NCBI RefSeq assembly: GCF_006345805.1
Contig: NC_042997.1
Coordinates: 185,938,001 to 186,002,000 of the forward strand
Length of the DNA: 64,000 bases
Origin: Octopus sinensis
Taxonomy: Eukaryota
Reading direction: 5' to 3'
Positions 1-13,101 of this stretch are shown piece by piece. Below the pieces are notes generated by a model. The model was given only the letters and a program-made list of their open reading frames with translations. It did not search any database and was not told the origin of the DNA. How positions within the stretch are numbered: position 1 is the first letter of the stretch; each line of letters opens with the position of its first letter. Made by a program: the position numbers and the translations under genes.

Positions 1-200
1 CAAAGATTTCAGCATGTTCGTATTCTTGGAATAATTGCAAGCCGTTATGAAGTAGTGTACATTATCAACAAAGCAAACAGAGACAGCGAACAACGTTTCG
101 TGCCTAGCTCAGGGACACTGCTGCACCACAGAATGGCTTTAAGATTTGTACTAATGGCATTATCCATAACCTTTGCCTTCAACTATATTCATCATACAAT

Positions 201-600
201 TAAATATTAGCGTGATTGTATGTATGTATGTATGTATGTATGTATGTAGGTATGTGTGTATGTATGTATGTGTGTATGTATGTATGTATGTATGTATGTA
301 TGCATGTGTGTATGTATGTATGTATATACATATATATTTAAATATATATATGTGTATATATATATGTATATATATATATATGTATATATATATATCTATA
401 TATATATGTATATATATATATATGTATATGTATATATATATGTATATGTATATATATGTATATATATGTATATGTATATATATACACACAGAGGGATAAC
501 TATATGTAATCACATAGACATACATAACTATGTATATTTGTACTGTGTGTGTGATTGATTGAGTGAGTGGAGAGAGAGAGAGACAGGGACAGACAGACAG
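201..600. repeat. (TATG)n/(TA)n/(GA)n microsatellite block
   Basis: Direct inspection; it explains the I/Y/M/C-rich ORFs at 160-675. Confidence 0.95.
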
Positions 601-880
601 ACAGATTGAGGGAGTGTACGAGTGTACATTGAAACGGTGTGTCGAACTAACATGCCTTGTTTTATTTCGAACCAATTCGGTTATACATTTTTTTTAATTC
701 ACGCTCCACTTCATCTTTCATCTTTCTTCAGAGTTGATTTTAAAAAGTACAAGACGACCATACAATGTGCATGGGTCGATATGATCAACTAAACCTCTTG
801 AAGGCGTTTTCAAAGCCTGGCTGCAGTTCAGAGACTGAAGCAATAGAAAGGAAGGCAGTAAGAACAAGAGTAAAGAATCA

Positions 881-1405
881 GATAGAGGAAGAGGAGGTAT
901 GAGAGGCGAGGTAGCGAAGTGGAGGAGGAGGAGGAGGAGGAGGAAGAAGAAGAAGAAGAAGGAGAAGGAGAAGGAGGAGGAAAAGAAGAAGAAGAAGAAG
1001 AAGAAGAAGAAGGAGAGGGAGAAACAGAAAAAGAAGACGAAGAAGGCGTAGGAGGAGGAGGAGGAGGAAAGGAAGAAGTAGAAGAGGAAGAAGAAGAGGG
1101 AAGAGGGAGAGAGAAGAAGAAGAAGGAAGAATAAGAAGAAGAAGGAAAATAAACAGAAGAAGAAGATGAATCAAAGTAGAAGAAGAAGAGAAGAATAAGA
1201 AGAAAAGAAGAAGAAGAAGAAGGAAGGAAGAGGGAAGAGGTAAGAGAAGAAGAAGAAGGAAGGATGGAAGAGGTAGCGAAGAAGAAGAAGAAGAAGAAGA
1301 AGAAGAAGAAGAAGAAGGAATAAAAGAAAAAGAAAAGAAGAATCGAAGTGAAAGTAGGTAGAATCGGGAGAAAAGGAGTAAGGAGGAGGAGGAGTAGGAG
1401 GAGGC
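881..1405. repeat. (GAA)n/(GGA)n polypurine tract
   Basis: About 520 bp of almost pure purines on the + strand. Confidence 0.95.
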
Positions 1406-2384
1406 AGAGGAATGTGACAACGTCGACAACAATGGAAGTTTTCTGATTTTGAGATTAGCAGAAAAGTTTGCTTTTCTATTTTCTGGACTGAACAAATTCG
1501 TAGCAAAGACTGTCAATTTAATCGATGTACACCATCGGTCTCAGCCAAAGAACATTTTTGTATCGGCCGAAGATGAAGACGGTTGTGAGGGGGGGGTTGG
1601 GTGGGGGTGGCAACCAAAAGATTGTTGGAGCGAAGTAGAATGAATCGTGAGGAAAAATGTGTGTTCTTCATCTTCATCAGATCGAGATAATATTTTGACA
1701 TCCTACGCTCATGGAACTTATCCTCCGCCTTGCTTTCTCCATGCTTGAAAGCCTACAAATTGTATTTATCGCAGACACTAATGACCAAAGAGACTTTTCC
1801 TTTCAGATATGAGTATCAGGGCTTTCACCCCCATCCTCCACCGTCACCCAACGCACCTTGAGACGAATCGTCTCAAGTCGCCATCAGCGAGCAGAAACGG
1901 AATGCAATGAGACAGACTACGTGTGTCCGTCGTGAAACACACGTCCACATCGTATCGTGGAAGTGGTAGGCGTGGCGTTTCGGTGAATCCAGTTCGCAAA
2001 TTAGTTTCGTCCCTAAAGCCCATCGAGAAGGCATGAATCTCAATCTCCCATCGCTCCTTCCCCTTAGCTCCTCTCCTCGAAAGTTCAATTAGCGGTTAAT
2101 TGGCAGATAGTGCAAATAAAAATTCCAAGCTAAAGACGAAAAGCAGACAATCGATGTTTGACTTCATCTCACAGACTTACATTAGATAAGTAAGCCTTGA
2201 AAATAAGAAGCCCTCACCATCCAACATTTGTTTAACTGACGTGAAGGATGTACAGACGATTGTAAGCTGACTTCCCATTATCTACGTTAGTAGTTATTAA
2301 TACCTTCAACTAATTAGAAGGTCTGGAGAATCACCAGTCGTTACAACCCTCTTCCTTCCTTTTGCTTATACCGCCGACACCAAA

Positions 2385-2792
2385 AGTTACTCCACCACCG
2401 TCACCACAGTCACCACAATCACCACCATCACCAGTAAGAAAGAACAACAACAACAATAGTGATCTTGTCTCTGTCAATAGTGGGAGGAACACCCGTGCTG
2501 GCAATAATAACATCATCCACTCGTCTCTATCACGCCGCTCCATCACTATCCCCTGTATCCCAGTTTTACCACTAGCCATATCACCTCTATCAATATCCAC
2601 CACCGAATCTACCACCGCTACCTCCACCATCGCAATCACCATCACCATCACCACCATCACTGACAGTGTCGTCGTCATCGTTGTCATCATTATTATCACC
2701 ACCATCTTCACCGCCGTCACCACCACCACCACCACCACCACCAACACCGCCACTACGACGACGACGACCACCACCACCACCATCATCATCAC

Positions 2793-2848
<56 letters not shown>

Positions 2849-2854
2849 CACCAC

Positions 2855-2909
<55 letters not shown>

Positions 2910-2950
2910 TTCATCATCATCACCACCATCATCATCATCATCATCAACTC
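2385..2950. repeat. (CAC)n/(CAT)n degenerate trinucleotide repeat
   Basis: Direct inspection; poly-T/I/S/H ORFs occur in all frames. Confidence 0.9.
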
Positions 2951-3300
2951 AAGCACTCTCGTCCCAATGTATTAGCGCCGCTAACTAGCAATCTTACTGC
3001 CTGTGTTTCCATCAGTCTTTTCATTCAAATTCTCTAACGCAACCTCCTCCAGCCACCCATCATCACAAACATCCTCCTACCTCACAAACCTACAGAGTAC
3101 TCGCCCACCTCTCATCCCCATCCCACCACCCCCAACTGTATACTGCCTAGCATCACTGCCGCCATTGCTAATTACATAACAAGAATTTTACAACTGCTAC
3201 TAAAGTACCGCTTTACAAGAAACACATTTGGGATAACGCCGATGCCAACCATCGCCAACACGATGTTATTCATTTTGTTATATACATATACATACATACA

Positions 3301-3336
<36 letters not shown>

Positions 3337-3638
3337 TATATATATTTATATACATACATATATATATATACATATATATATATATACATGCATACATACA
3401 TACATATATATGTATATATATATACATGCATATATATACATATATATATACATACACATGCATATGTATACATGTATATATATATATATATATATAATAA
3501 TATATATACATGCATATATATACATGTATATCTATATATATATATATATTCACACATGTATATATAAACATGTTATAATAATGATAATTATTATTATTAT
3601 TATTATTATAATTACTATTATTATTATTGTTATTATTA

Positions 3639-3670
<32 letters not shown>

Positions 3671-4882
3671 TATATTATTATTATTATCATGTTATTGTTT
3701 TTTTCTGTTTTCATTCTTCCATCTTACATCTAACTGAAGCCAGGAAGTAAAGTATGGCTCCAAAAACAACTCGTTACCGTTCCACTTCAAAAGCAGTGAA
3801 ATTTTTTTTTCTGGTGTTTTTTTAGTATTGTTGTTGTTGTTGTTTCTTTGATGCCATTTCTGTTGTTCTTGTTCTCGTTGTTGCTGTTCCTGTCGCTGTT
3901 GTTATTCATAGCCAAAAAAAAATAAATAAATAAATAATAATAATAATAATACCTAAATAAAAAGGATCCGCCAACGCTATTCGGAAAAACTCTTGGATGC
4001 TCTAAATTAAGTAGTATAGCTTCCGAACACTTTTCATTCATTCTTGAAAATGTTTTCCCCCACTTTTCTTTTCTTTTGTTGCTCCTGTATGAATCGTTAT
4101 TGACATAACTGACACCCAACGGGAAGTATTTTCAGTTGTATGTGCTATCGTATTACGAAGACGGATCATGAGAGCATGCGAAATGTAATTGATAATGTTT
4201 GAGTCTTGAATCCACAAAATGTCGGTTTTTAATTTTCGCCACGATGCAAGCGAAGAAACTGGTGCCTGTAATTGTCTGACTCAATACACAATCCCCACAA
4301 CATATGTGATTCAGAGAACTGCACCAGGTGCAATGCAATCTAAAGCGAATTCAGTATAAATCTAGTCTCAGTGATACACGATCATTCAAACACCCCCAAA
4401 ACATTCGCTAAAATCGTTTAGCATTCTCTAACTACCTAATTAGAAATCTCTGATTAGGTACTGGATTACCATATCATATCATAGCATTTACTCAGTATTT
4501 AGTTTATATATTTCTGATTTCCTTGCATCATAAATCACATACTTCGATTTTTATATCTGAACATACGTTTCCATATTTTACTCCAGAATTTAGATATTCA
4601 CTGCGCAGTCTTCTACGTATTTTTCCCCGATTCTACATTAAAATGGTAGATATTTATGTAGTAATATGGTGTTAAATTAACAACGAAATAACAGTAGATT
4701 TCTATTTTGTGGCTTTTGTTTCCGAAGTGAAAACTGTCGGTAGACCAATAGCTTGGGATTTTAATGATGAGAGCGGATTCTAGACCACTAGTGTTAGCTA
4801 TCAATTCATGAGGATAAGTATTTAAATTTAAACGGATTATCATAAGTCGGGAGTGGCTGTGTGGCAAGAAGCTTGCTTCCTG

Positions 4883-5790
4883 CGCATGCGTTGGTCAGTG
4901 TTTTCTTTGCACTGCTAAGAGTCACGTTGCTGTACTATACCAACGTCGTGAATTATTGAAAAAGTGAATCACAACTACCAGGTGAGACATTTGTTTTTTG
5001 GGAATTCAGTGGGGTTTTGTTGCTCGTGTTTATGTTTGTCGAACAAGAAACCTTCACTGAGTTCCACGCATTTGTCTGCCTGTGGTTGTGTTTAAAGTCA
5101 CACTTAGCGGTGAGAAGTGTGATTTGGGGGCGTATCCCTCCCCCTAAAATTGTGCGTAATTTTTACAATTTTTATGTGACTGCTTTGTGCTCTTGCCAGG
5201 AGGAGTACCAAGTCACCAGGAGTACCAAGACCGCCAGAAGAATTTGCTGTGTTTTTTAGGACTTCCTCCCTGTATTTTTGTTTTTTTTTTCACTCTGTGA
5301 ACTTTTGTTTTTTGTGGACTTTTAAAAAAAAAACATAGCAAAGAAGACAAATAACACTGTATTGGAGTGGGAGACTGTCCCAACCAAACAGTGGATGAAA
5401 GACTTTGAAGAGAGGACGGTGGTGCTGCGAACGTACTCCAAGTCGCTCGACACCATCGCCCTCTTTCAAAAGACTGAAATTGAGAAAGAGTTGGCAGAAT
5501 ATTTGCCAACTATTAAATTCATCTTCAGTGGGGTCAAATATGCAACGGTGTGGTTGCTATTTGACACCCCTGAGGAGGCTCGCAAATTTGCTAGCCAGTC
5601 ATTGGAGGGCAAAGAGATTTTGTTTCTTCCTACGTATTGTGGAAAGAAGTTGACATACCGTGGGTCTGCGGGTTGCCACCCGGGATAGGACCCGAGTGGA
5701 TAGAGGACACTATCCACCGGGGTATGGGTGGCAGCGGAGCGAAGCTCAGAGTTTCACGTTCCCGTTCATCGGACAGGTTTTGTTAATGTT
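4883..5790 (+). mobile_element. 5' fragment of a non-LTR retrotransposon (L1/Tx1-type): 5' UTR plus frameshifted ORF1
   Basis: ORF 5362-5688 reads as an RRM-like fold (RTVVLRTY...ATVWLLFDTPEEARKFASQSL...ILFLPTY). After a frameshift near 5655 another frame continues VCGLPPGIGPEWIEDTI, the V-x-x-L-P-P-x-I pattern of the second RRM in L1/Tx1 ORF1 proteins. No ORF2 follows. Confidence 0.6.
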
Positions 5791-6022
5791 AACAAAATTT
5801 GTCCCATGAACGGGAACGTGAAACCCTGAGTAACAACTTTTGTTATATTTTTGGTGCTTTTAAATAAAGCATATTACTCTACCTCTGGTATTTCAGTACT
5901 CTTTTTCACCACATTGTTTCACATTTATGTGCTTACTCCGGTATACAACTGGGATCGATCTAATCGACTGGCCTGCTCCCCCAAAATTTCGAGCCTTGTG
6001 CCTAGATTAGAAAAGAATATTG

Positions 6023-6053
<31 letters not shown>

Positions 6054-6083
6054 ATATATATATATATATAATCTATATATATA

Positions 6084-6158
<75 letters not shown>

Positions 6159-6310
6159 TATAATAGAAGAAGTCTCTCCTCAAACATTCATTAAGAACGT
6201 CTATAACATCACTAAAACTGCAAATCAACGCTCGACTTCCTCATCTGGGAGAAACGTGTATTCAATTCATATTACCTTCTACAGAGGATAGATATAACTT
6301 GATTAGCTTA

Positions 6311-6458
6311 ATACAGTTCTATATTTAAGAGATGAGGAATTATGTACATTATTTACATTATTTACATTTGGCGGATATTTGTCCTCATCTTGTTTGTTGT
6401 TAACACAACAAACAAGATGAGGACAAATATCGGTCAAATGTAAATAATGTAAACAATG
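6311..6458. mobile_element. Palindromic insertion, probably a fold-back of a Penelope-like terminus
   Basis: 55-bp inverted arms (6346-6400 / 6405-6459, 3 mismatches). A 12-bp direct repeat TTGATTAGCTTA flanks it at 6299-6310 and 6459-6470. The Penelope assignment is from recall only. Confidence 0.55.
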
Positions 6459-6529
6459 TTGATTAGCTTATTTCACAAATATCTGGATCAGTGCAGCTGG
6501 TGCTTCATAAGCAATGTACAACGGAAAAC

Positions 6530-6950
6530 CATTATAGTCATCACCATCATCATCGTCGTCGTCGCCATCATCATTACCACCAGCATCATCTTCCTCACGT
6601 CTATCATCAGCATTATCATAAACAATTTAAAATTCCCCCTCATCCTCAACATAATCAATATAACAATCGACATAATCTTCAACGCTATTACTAACCAAAA
6701 GCGCCCGTCATCACCGTCACCATTACAGAAAAGATCATCACCATCATCATCATCATCATCACCATCATCATCACCACCACCACCGCCACCACCACCACCA
6801 CCACCACCACCACTATCACCACCACCACCATCATCACCATCACCACCACCACTATCATCATCACCACCGTCATCATCATCACCACCATCACCACCAACCA
6901 CCACCACCACCACCATCACCATCACCACTACCACTATCATCATCACCACC

Positions 6951-6982
<32 letters not shown>

Positions 6983-7320
6983 CACCACCACCACCACAAC
7001 CACCACCACCACCATCACCATCAGCACCACCACTATCATCGTCATCACCACCATCATCATCATCACCATCAACACCATCAACACCACCACCATCACCATA
7101 GCCACCACCACCTCCACGACCACCATCACCACCACCACCATCATCATCATCACCACCATCATCATCATCACCATCAACACCATCAACACCACCACCATCA
7201 TCATTTGTTGAAGTATTTTTTGCAACGGACGCATTAATTTATACACGCATGTACTTACTATGTATGTAGTATGTATGTATGTATGTATGTATGTATGTAT
7301 GTATGTATGTATGTATGTAC
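6530..7320. repeat. (CAC/CAT)n repeat followed by (TATG)n
   Basis: Direct inspection. Confidence 0.9.
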
Positions 7321-7794
7321 GCACGTATGTTCGTATGTATATTATCTTTTATAAGTATATGAATTCTTCCTGTAAACACGACGCTACTCCTTATATCGCT
7401 GGACCGTTTTTAACAACAATGGATGAGATGTTACATGTTGAATTTCCTAATAGTCTTGCGTGTGTTTTACCGTTCCGCTTGAAGATTATATTATCACAGT
7501 GAATTAGTTGTTAGCTTCCTAGTCTGAAGCTCGCCGTTTTCCGGATTATAACTTTGTCATTTATTATTAACACAAATAATTAGAGGCACAAATTTCAATT
7601 TAATAATCCGGGTATAAGTTGCAAGTACCGTAGCATGTATCCTTAAATCCTCTCTTTCTCGCTGACTTCGAAACATATGTTCACATCTGAAGTGCAGCTG
7701 ACCTTTATAACGGTACCTACTTTTTTCTTCCTGTCGAAAGCAACTACATTAGGAATGTAGTATTCGTATTTGGCGAAGATTTAATGAGAATAAG

Positions 7795-7974
7795 GCGTAG
7801 GAGTGGCTGTGTGGTAAGTAGCTTGCTTACCAACCACATGGTTCCGGGTTCAGTCCCACTACGTGGCACCTTGGGCAAGTGTCTTCTACTATAGCCTCGG
7901 GCCGAACATATCCTTGTGAGTGGATTTGGTAGACGGAAACTGAAAGAAGCCCGTTGTATATATATGTATGTATG

Positions 7975-8005
<31 letters not shown>

Positions 8006-8373
8006 AAATTAGAGACAAAACCACTATTAGGCAAATCAAACAATGAAAAACTTAAGCCAATACATATGATTATTTAATTTATATTATTTAAATATATAAC
8101 AAAATTATTTAAAAAATATAATTAATATATATATATGTATGCGTGTGTATGTGTGTGTGTGTGTGTGCTTGTGTGTCTGCGTTTGTCCCCACCAACATCG
8201 CTTGACAACCGATGCTGGTGTGTTTACGTCACCATAACTTAGCGGGTCGGCAAAAGAGACCGATAGAATAAGTACTAGGCTTACAAAGAATAAGTCCTGG
8301 GGTCAATATGCCCGACTAAAGGCGGTGCTCCAGCATGGCTGCAGTCAAATGACTGAACAAGTAAAAGAGTAAA
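7795..8373 (+). mobile_element. tRNA-derived SINE family B (CORE-like central motif, internal (TA)n/(TG)n), with an AT-rich insert at about 8020-8125
   Basis: Head GGAGTGGCTGTGTGGTAAG (A box) and GGTTCAGTCCC (B-box-like), central CCTTGGGCAAGTGTCTT, tail CCAGCATGGCTGCAGTCAAATGACTGAA. Matches copies at 32095 and 61163. Confidence 0.85.
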
Positions 8374-9049
8374 TATTCGTTGTGTCGAAATGTATTTACT
8401 CAACAACAAAAATAAATATATTCTATAATTACCCCAGACCAAGCTTTCCTCGGATGGCCTTGAATATTCTTTTAGAAACATCATGCTATATTGGAAAGGA
8501 GTATATTTATGATATCTTTTCGTAGCATCTGGAAAGATATAATCTATTGCATTCTGAAGTTTTAAGGACTTTCCGTCTGTTTTATACATGTTATTCTGAA
8601 TTCGAATACCAAAAGTGTATCCTACAAAATGTCACATATGTAACAATCCCAAATCTAAGAAAGTTATACTTCCTGTCAGGGTAAACACTATCCTCAAACT
8701 ATGCATACCCGTAGCATGTTGTTCTCTTCAAATTTGTGCGCTTGCTTGATATATTCGTTTTAGCTCCAGTGTTTAACAGATGCGGTTTGAGTGACACCAT
8801 AACAATTAAAGGCTGTTCATACCAATCTCTCCTTCCGCTTAGTATCTGAACCTTGCAATTGATATCGCAGTACTGCAGATTTTCATATCTATGGGGTAGA
8901 TTTCCTCTACAGAACATTCAAATCTTGGTACCGATATTGGTACCTTCTTATATTTATTTATTTTTGCTTTTTGATGTTCATACAGTTTTTCTTTATTTTA
9001 TCGAAATGGTTTTTAAATCTCCGAGAAAGAGTTCTATTTATGTAGATAT

Positions 9050-9282
9050 TTATTTCTTTTCTACCCACAAGGGGCTAAACACAGAGAGAACAAACAAGGA
9101 CAGAAAACGGATTAAGTCGATTATACCGACCCCAGTGCGTAACTGGTACTTATTTAATCGACCCCGAAAGGATGAAATGTAAAGTCGACCTCGGCGGAAT
9201 TTGAACTCGGAACATAACGGCAGACGAAATACTGTTAAGCATTTCGCCCGGCGTGCTAACGTTTCTGCCAGCTCGCCGCCTT
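9050..9282 (-). mobile_element. tRNA-derived SINE family A, full-length monomer
   Basis: Reverse complement of AAGGCGGCGAGCTGGCAGAAACGTTAGCACG...GAGTTCAAATTCCGCCGAGGTCGACTTTGCCTTTCATCCTTTCGGGGTCGAT; more than 20 related copies in the window. The central CCTTTCATCCTTTCGGGGTCGATAAA resembles the Nin/Inv SINE domain (recall). Confidence 0.9.
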
Positions 9283-9339
9283 TTTGTAGATTTATGTAGA
9301 TATTGTTTTACATCATCCGCCATAAATACAATTTATGAG

Positions 9340-9570
9340 TTAGAGACAAAAGTCAGGGCTTCGAGTTTTGGCACGAAGCGAGCAATTTCGGGGCAGGGAT
9401 TAATCGATTATATCGACACCAGAGCTCAACTGGTACTTATTTTCTCGTCAAGGAAAGGATCTAAGACAAAGTCGACTTGAGCGGAATTTGAACTCAGAAC
9501 ATAAAGGCGGACTAAATGTCGCTGAGCATTTTCCCCGGTATGCTTAACGATTCTCACAGCTCGCCGCCCT
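9340..9570 (-). mobile_element. SINE family A, diverged copy
   Basis: Same head and body, diverged. Confidence 0.8.
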
Positions 9571-9596
9571 AAGTTTGATTAATATTGATTTGTAGA

Positions 9597-9768
9597 TTTA
9601 GCGGTATTTCGCCTGTCCTCACGTTCTGAGTTCAAATTCCACCGAAGTTGATTTTGCCTTTCATCCTTTCGGGGTCGATAAATTAAGTACCACTTGTGAA
9701 CTGGGATCGATCTAATCGACTGGCCCGCTCCCCCAAAATTTCGAGCTTTGTGCCTAGATTAGAAAAGA
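9597..9768 (+). mobile_element. SINE family A, 5'-truncated
   Basis: GTTCTGAGTTCAAATTCCACCGAAG... body followed by the CCCCCAAAATTTCG...GTGCCTAG tail. Confidence 0.85.
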
Positions 9769-10479
9769 TTAGAAATTTGTGGATATAGCGCTTTTCCACT
9801 GCCAACATTTTTCACTCAACGTCATAAGTTCATTTTTTCTTTTAAATCTATACACCTCAATAATTTGGAGTGAAGGTACTCTTTATGTTTTACACAATGT
9901 CTGTATCAAGTATAAACGTATCATGTATAAATGTTTATGTCCATGTATGTATTAAGTATAAATCCAAATATGTATTATGTATAAATATGTATATGCATTC
10001 TCCCCGTTCATTGGCTGTTCGCCTTAAAGGCAAGGGAGAGAATCGTCATGATAGACACCAGTCATTTTTCTCCTGTCAGAGAATGGAATAAATAGTATCT
10101 TTATGTATTTATTTGATTAAATTTCTCTTAATTTTTATTTTATTCATAGTGTTTACCGTATTTATATGTACACATATGCATGTATTATATATAAATCTAT
10201 ACATATAAATATGTATATATGTATATATAAATCGTTGTATGTATGTAATATATATATATATGTATGTTATGTATGTATGTATCAAGGTATGTACGTATGT
10301 ATGTCTATATGTGTATATGTTCCATTCAACATTTATCAGATATTATCAATCTTCTGCCCCCACCCTGGGACCAGTAGCATATGGAGACGGGTGATTGAAT
10401 GAGAAGAATTTCGTTCAAGTCATTATTGTATCGTGTGTGTGTATGTGTGTGGGGGGTAATAACGCTGATGGTTGCCGCG

Positions 10480-11014
10480 GTGTTGGTGATGCCGGCGGTG
10501 ACGGCAGCGCCCGTGGTAGCGGTGGCGGTAGTAGCGGTGTGGTGGTGGTAGTGGTGGTGGTGGTGGTGGTGGTGGTGGCGTTGGAAGTAGCGCTGGCTGT
10601 TGAAATAATAGTGTCGTTGCTGCAGTTGTTATTGTTGATATTGCTGTTCTTGGCGGTGGTGGTGGTGGTGGTGCGGTGGTTGTGGTGGCGGAGGTTATGG
10701 TGGTGTCGGTGGTGACTGTATTACTGATAGGACTCCTAATTACTTGATCAAGAAAGCGTTGGACGTGACGGTGGCAGTAATAGTCATGCTATAGAGATAG
10801 GGCAGATGGACGTGATGACGGTGATATGACATTCGGATAGATAGTGGTGGTGGTGGTGGGGGGGTAGCAATGGCTGCGACTACGCCGTTCGTAGGTAAAC
10901 TGTTGTTTATAGATGTGATAGTGATGGCGTAGGTGTTTATGGCGGTCATGATGGTTATAGTGACCGTCATATGGATGGTGATAGTGCTGGTAATGAAGAT
11001 GGTGAGGGTCGTGG

Positions 11015-11050
<36 letters not shown>

Positions 11051-11146
11051 CGACGACGTCAATGCTGATGATGATAACGATGATGATGATGATGATGAGG
11101 ATGATGATGACGACGATGTCAATGCTGATGATGATAACGATGATGG

Positions 11147-11193
<47 letters not shown>

Positions 11194-11213
11194 TCAATGC
11201 TGATGATGATAAC

Positions 11214-11247
<34 letters not shown>

Positions 11248-11250
11248 GTG
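10480..11250. repeat. (GGT)n and (GAT)n repeats; the GAT block has recurrent GACGTCAATGCTGATGATGATAAC interruptions
   Basis: Direct inspection; the interruption occurs three times (about 11055, 11115, 11190). Confidence 0.9.
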
Positions 11251-11526
11251 GTGGTGATGAGGATTTAGTGTATCTGTCAATGTGTGCTTTTGTATAGGCG
11301 CACGCATACACCACACACACACGCACGTATACATATCTGTTTGTAGATCTGTCTCGCATTCTCTTTCTCTTTCTTTCTCTGTGTATTTGTTAATCTATGC
11401 ATCTCTATCACCCTCTCACTTTCTCTCTCCTCTCTTTTTTTCTCTCTCTCTCTACATACATACATACATACATACATACATACATACATAGATACATACA
11501 TACATATTGCATATTCATATATATAT

Positions 11527-11754
11527 ATTTCTTTACTACACACAAGGGGCTAAACACAGAGAGGACAAACCAGGACAGACAAACGGATTAAGTCGATTAC
11601 ATCGACCCCAGTGCGTAACTGGTACTTAAATTATCGACCCCGAAAGGATGAAAGGCAAAGTCGACCTCGGCGGAATTTGAACTCAGAACGTAACGGCAGA
11701 CGAAATACTGCTAAGCATTTCGCCCGGCGTGCTAACGTTTCTGCCAGCTCGCCG
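11527..11754 (-). mobile_element. SINE family A, full-length monomer
   Basis: Near-consensus reverse complement. Confidence 0.9.
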
Positions 11755-11964
11755 TGATTATTCATATATATATAATATATACTTGCATATACATAAACAT
11801 ATCTATTTGCATATAAATATATGCACGAAACCGCGATTATTTTTCTAATTCTTTCTGTTTGTGCTTTTGAGACATAGAAGTAGAAACCAAAGTTTTTTTT
11901 AGTATTCAGTAACGAACATGGGAAAATCAAACCCTGATGTATGTATACAGCCACAGTTAGGGTT

Positions 11965-12660
11965 AGAGGCAGCGGTGGTGGTGATGGTGTGGTGGTGGTG
12001 GTGGGGTGGTGGTGGTGGGAAGAACCCCCACCCTTCCACCTTGTCGATGAGGTAGTACGATTTTGGGAGGCTTTTTGTACGTAGCCATTATTATGGGCAA
12101 TACGGTGTGTTGTGTGTTTGTTGTACGCAGTGAGATGTCATATGGTGTAGTGAAACGAGAGGAAATAATGGTGGCGGCGGTGGTGGTGGTGGTGGTGGTG
12201 GTGGTGGCAATGGTGGTGATGCTGGTGGTGGTGGCGGTGGTGGCTGCGGTGGTGGTGGCGACGGCGGCGGTGGTGGTAGTGGCAATGGTGGTGATGCTGG
12301 TGGTGGTGGCGGTGGTGGCGGCGGTGGTGGTGGTTGTGGTGGTGGTGGTGGCGGCGGCGGCGGTGGTGGTGATGGTGGTGGTGGTAGCGGCGCTGGTGGT
12401 GGCGGTGCTGGTGGTAGTGGTTGTGGTGGTGGTGTTGATGTTGATGTTGGTGGCGGGGTAGTGGTGGCAGTGGTGGTAGTGTTGTTGTTGTTGTTGTTGG
12501 TGGTGGTGGCGGCGGTGGTGGTGGCGGTGGTGGCGGCGATGGTGGTGATGTTGTTGTTGTTGTTGTTGTTGTTCGTGGTGGTGGTGGCGGCGGCGGCGGC
12601 GGAGGCGGCAGCAGCGGAGGCGGCGACGGCAATTTTTGTTGCTAGTAGTGGTGGTGACGG
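11965..12660. repeat. (GGT/GGC/TGT)n repeat
   Basis: Direct inspection. Confidence 0.9.
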
Positions 12661-13101
12661 TGTTACTATTGGAAGTGGAGGAGAGGGTTGTCATCCTTGA
12701 ATTATGCCAGTCCTCTGAATTGACACAAACTACACCGTTAGAAACTTGATACTGGCTCGACAGCAATTAAACCAATGATTAAAACAGCAGAAGCGGTAGT
12801 GAGGGGAAGGGTATGAGAGTAACGTGCGTCTATTGGGTGGAGGAGAGGCAGTGAGGGCGGAGATGGCGTTGGAAGTGGAATAACTGTTGTCATTGTCGCT
12901 GATGTCGTTCTGGTTATATTATAATCTCTACTACTGTTAATATTACAAAGTATTGAACGCATATATTCATGTGTGTGTGTGTGCGTGTGTGTGTGTGTGT
13001 GCGCGCGTGTGTGTCCGTGCGTGTTTGCATGCATGTGTGTGTGTGTTCACGCATGTATGTATTCCCGCATACACTTACATATGCCTATATATATATATAT
13101 A

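Noticed and set aside
1-207. 69-codon open frame at the window edge ending in a hydrophobic stretch
   Set aside because: No splice signals or homology recognised, and it is truncated by the window.
7655-7690. CTGACTTC-GAAACATATGTT, a hammerhead-like palindromic helix III
   Set aside because: G8/A9 and helix II are missing, and there is no helix I.
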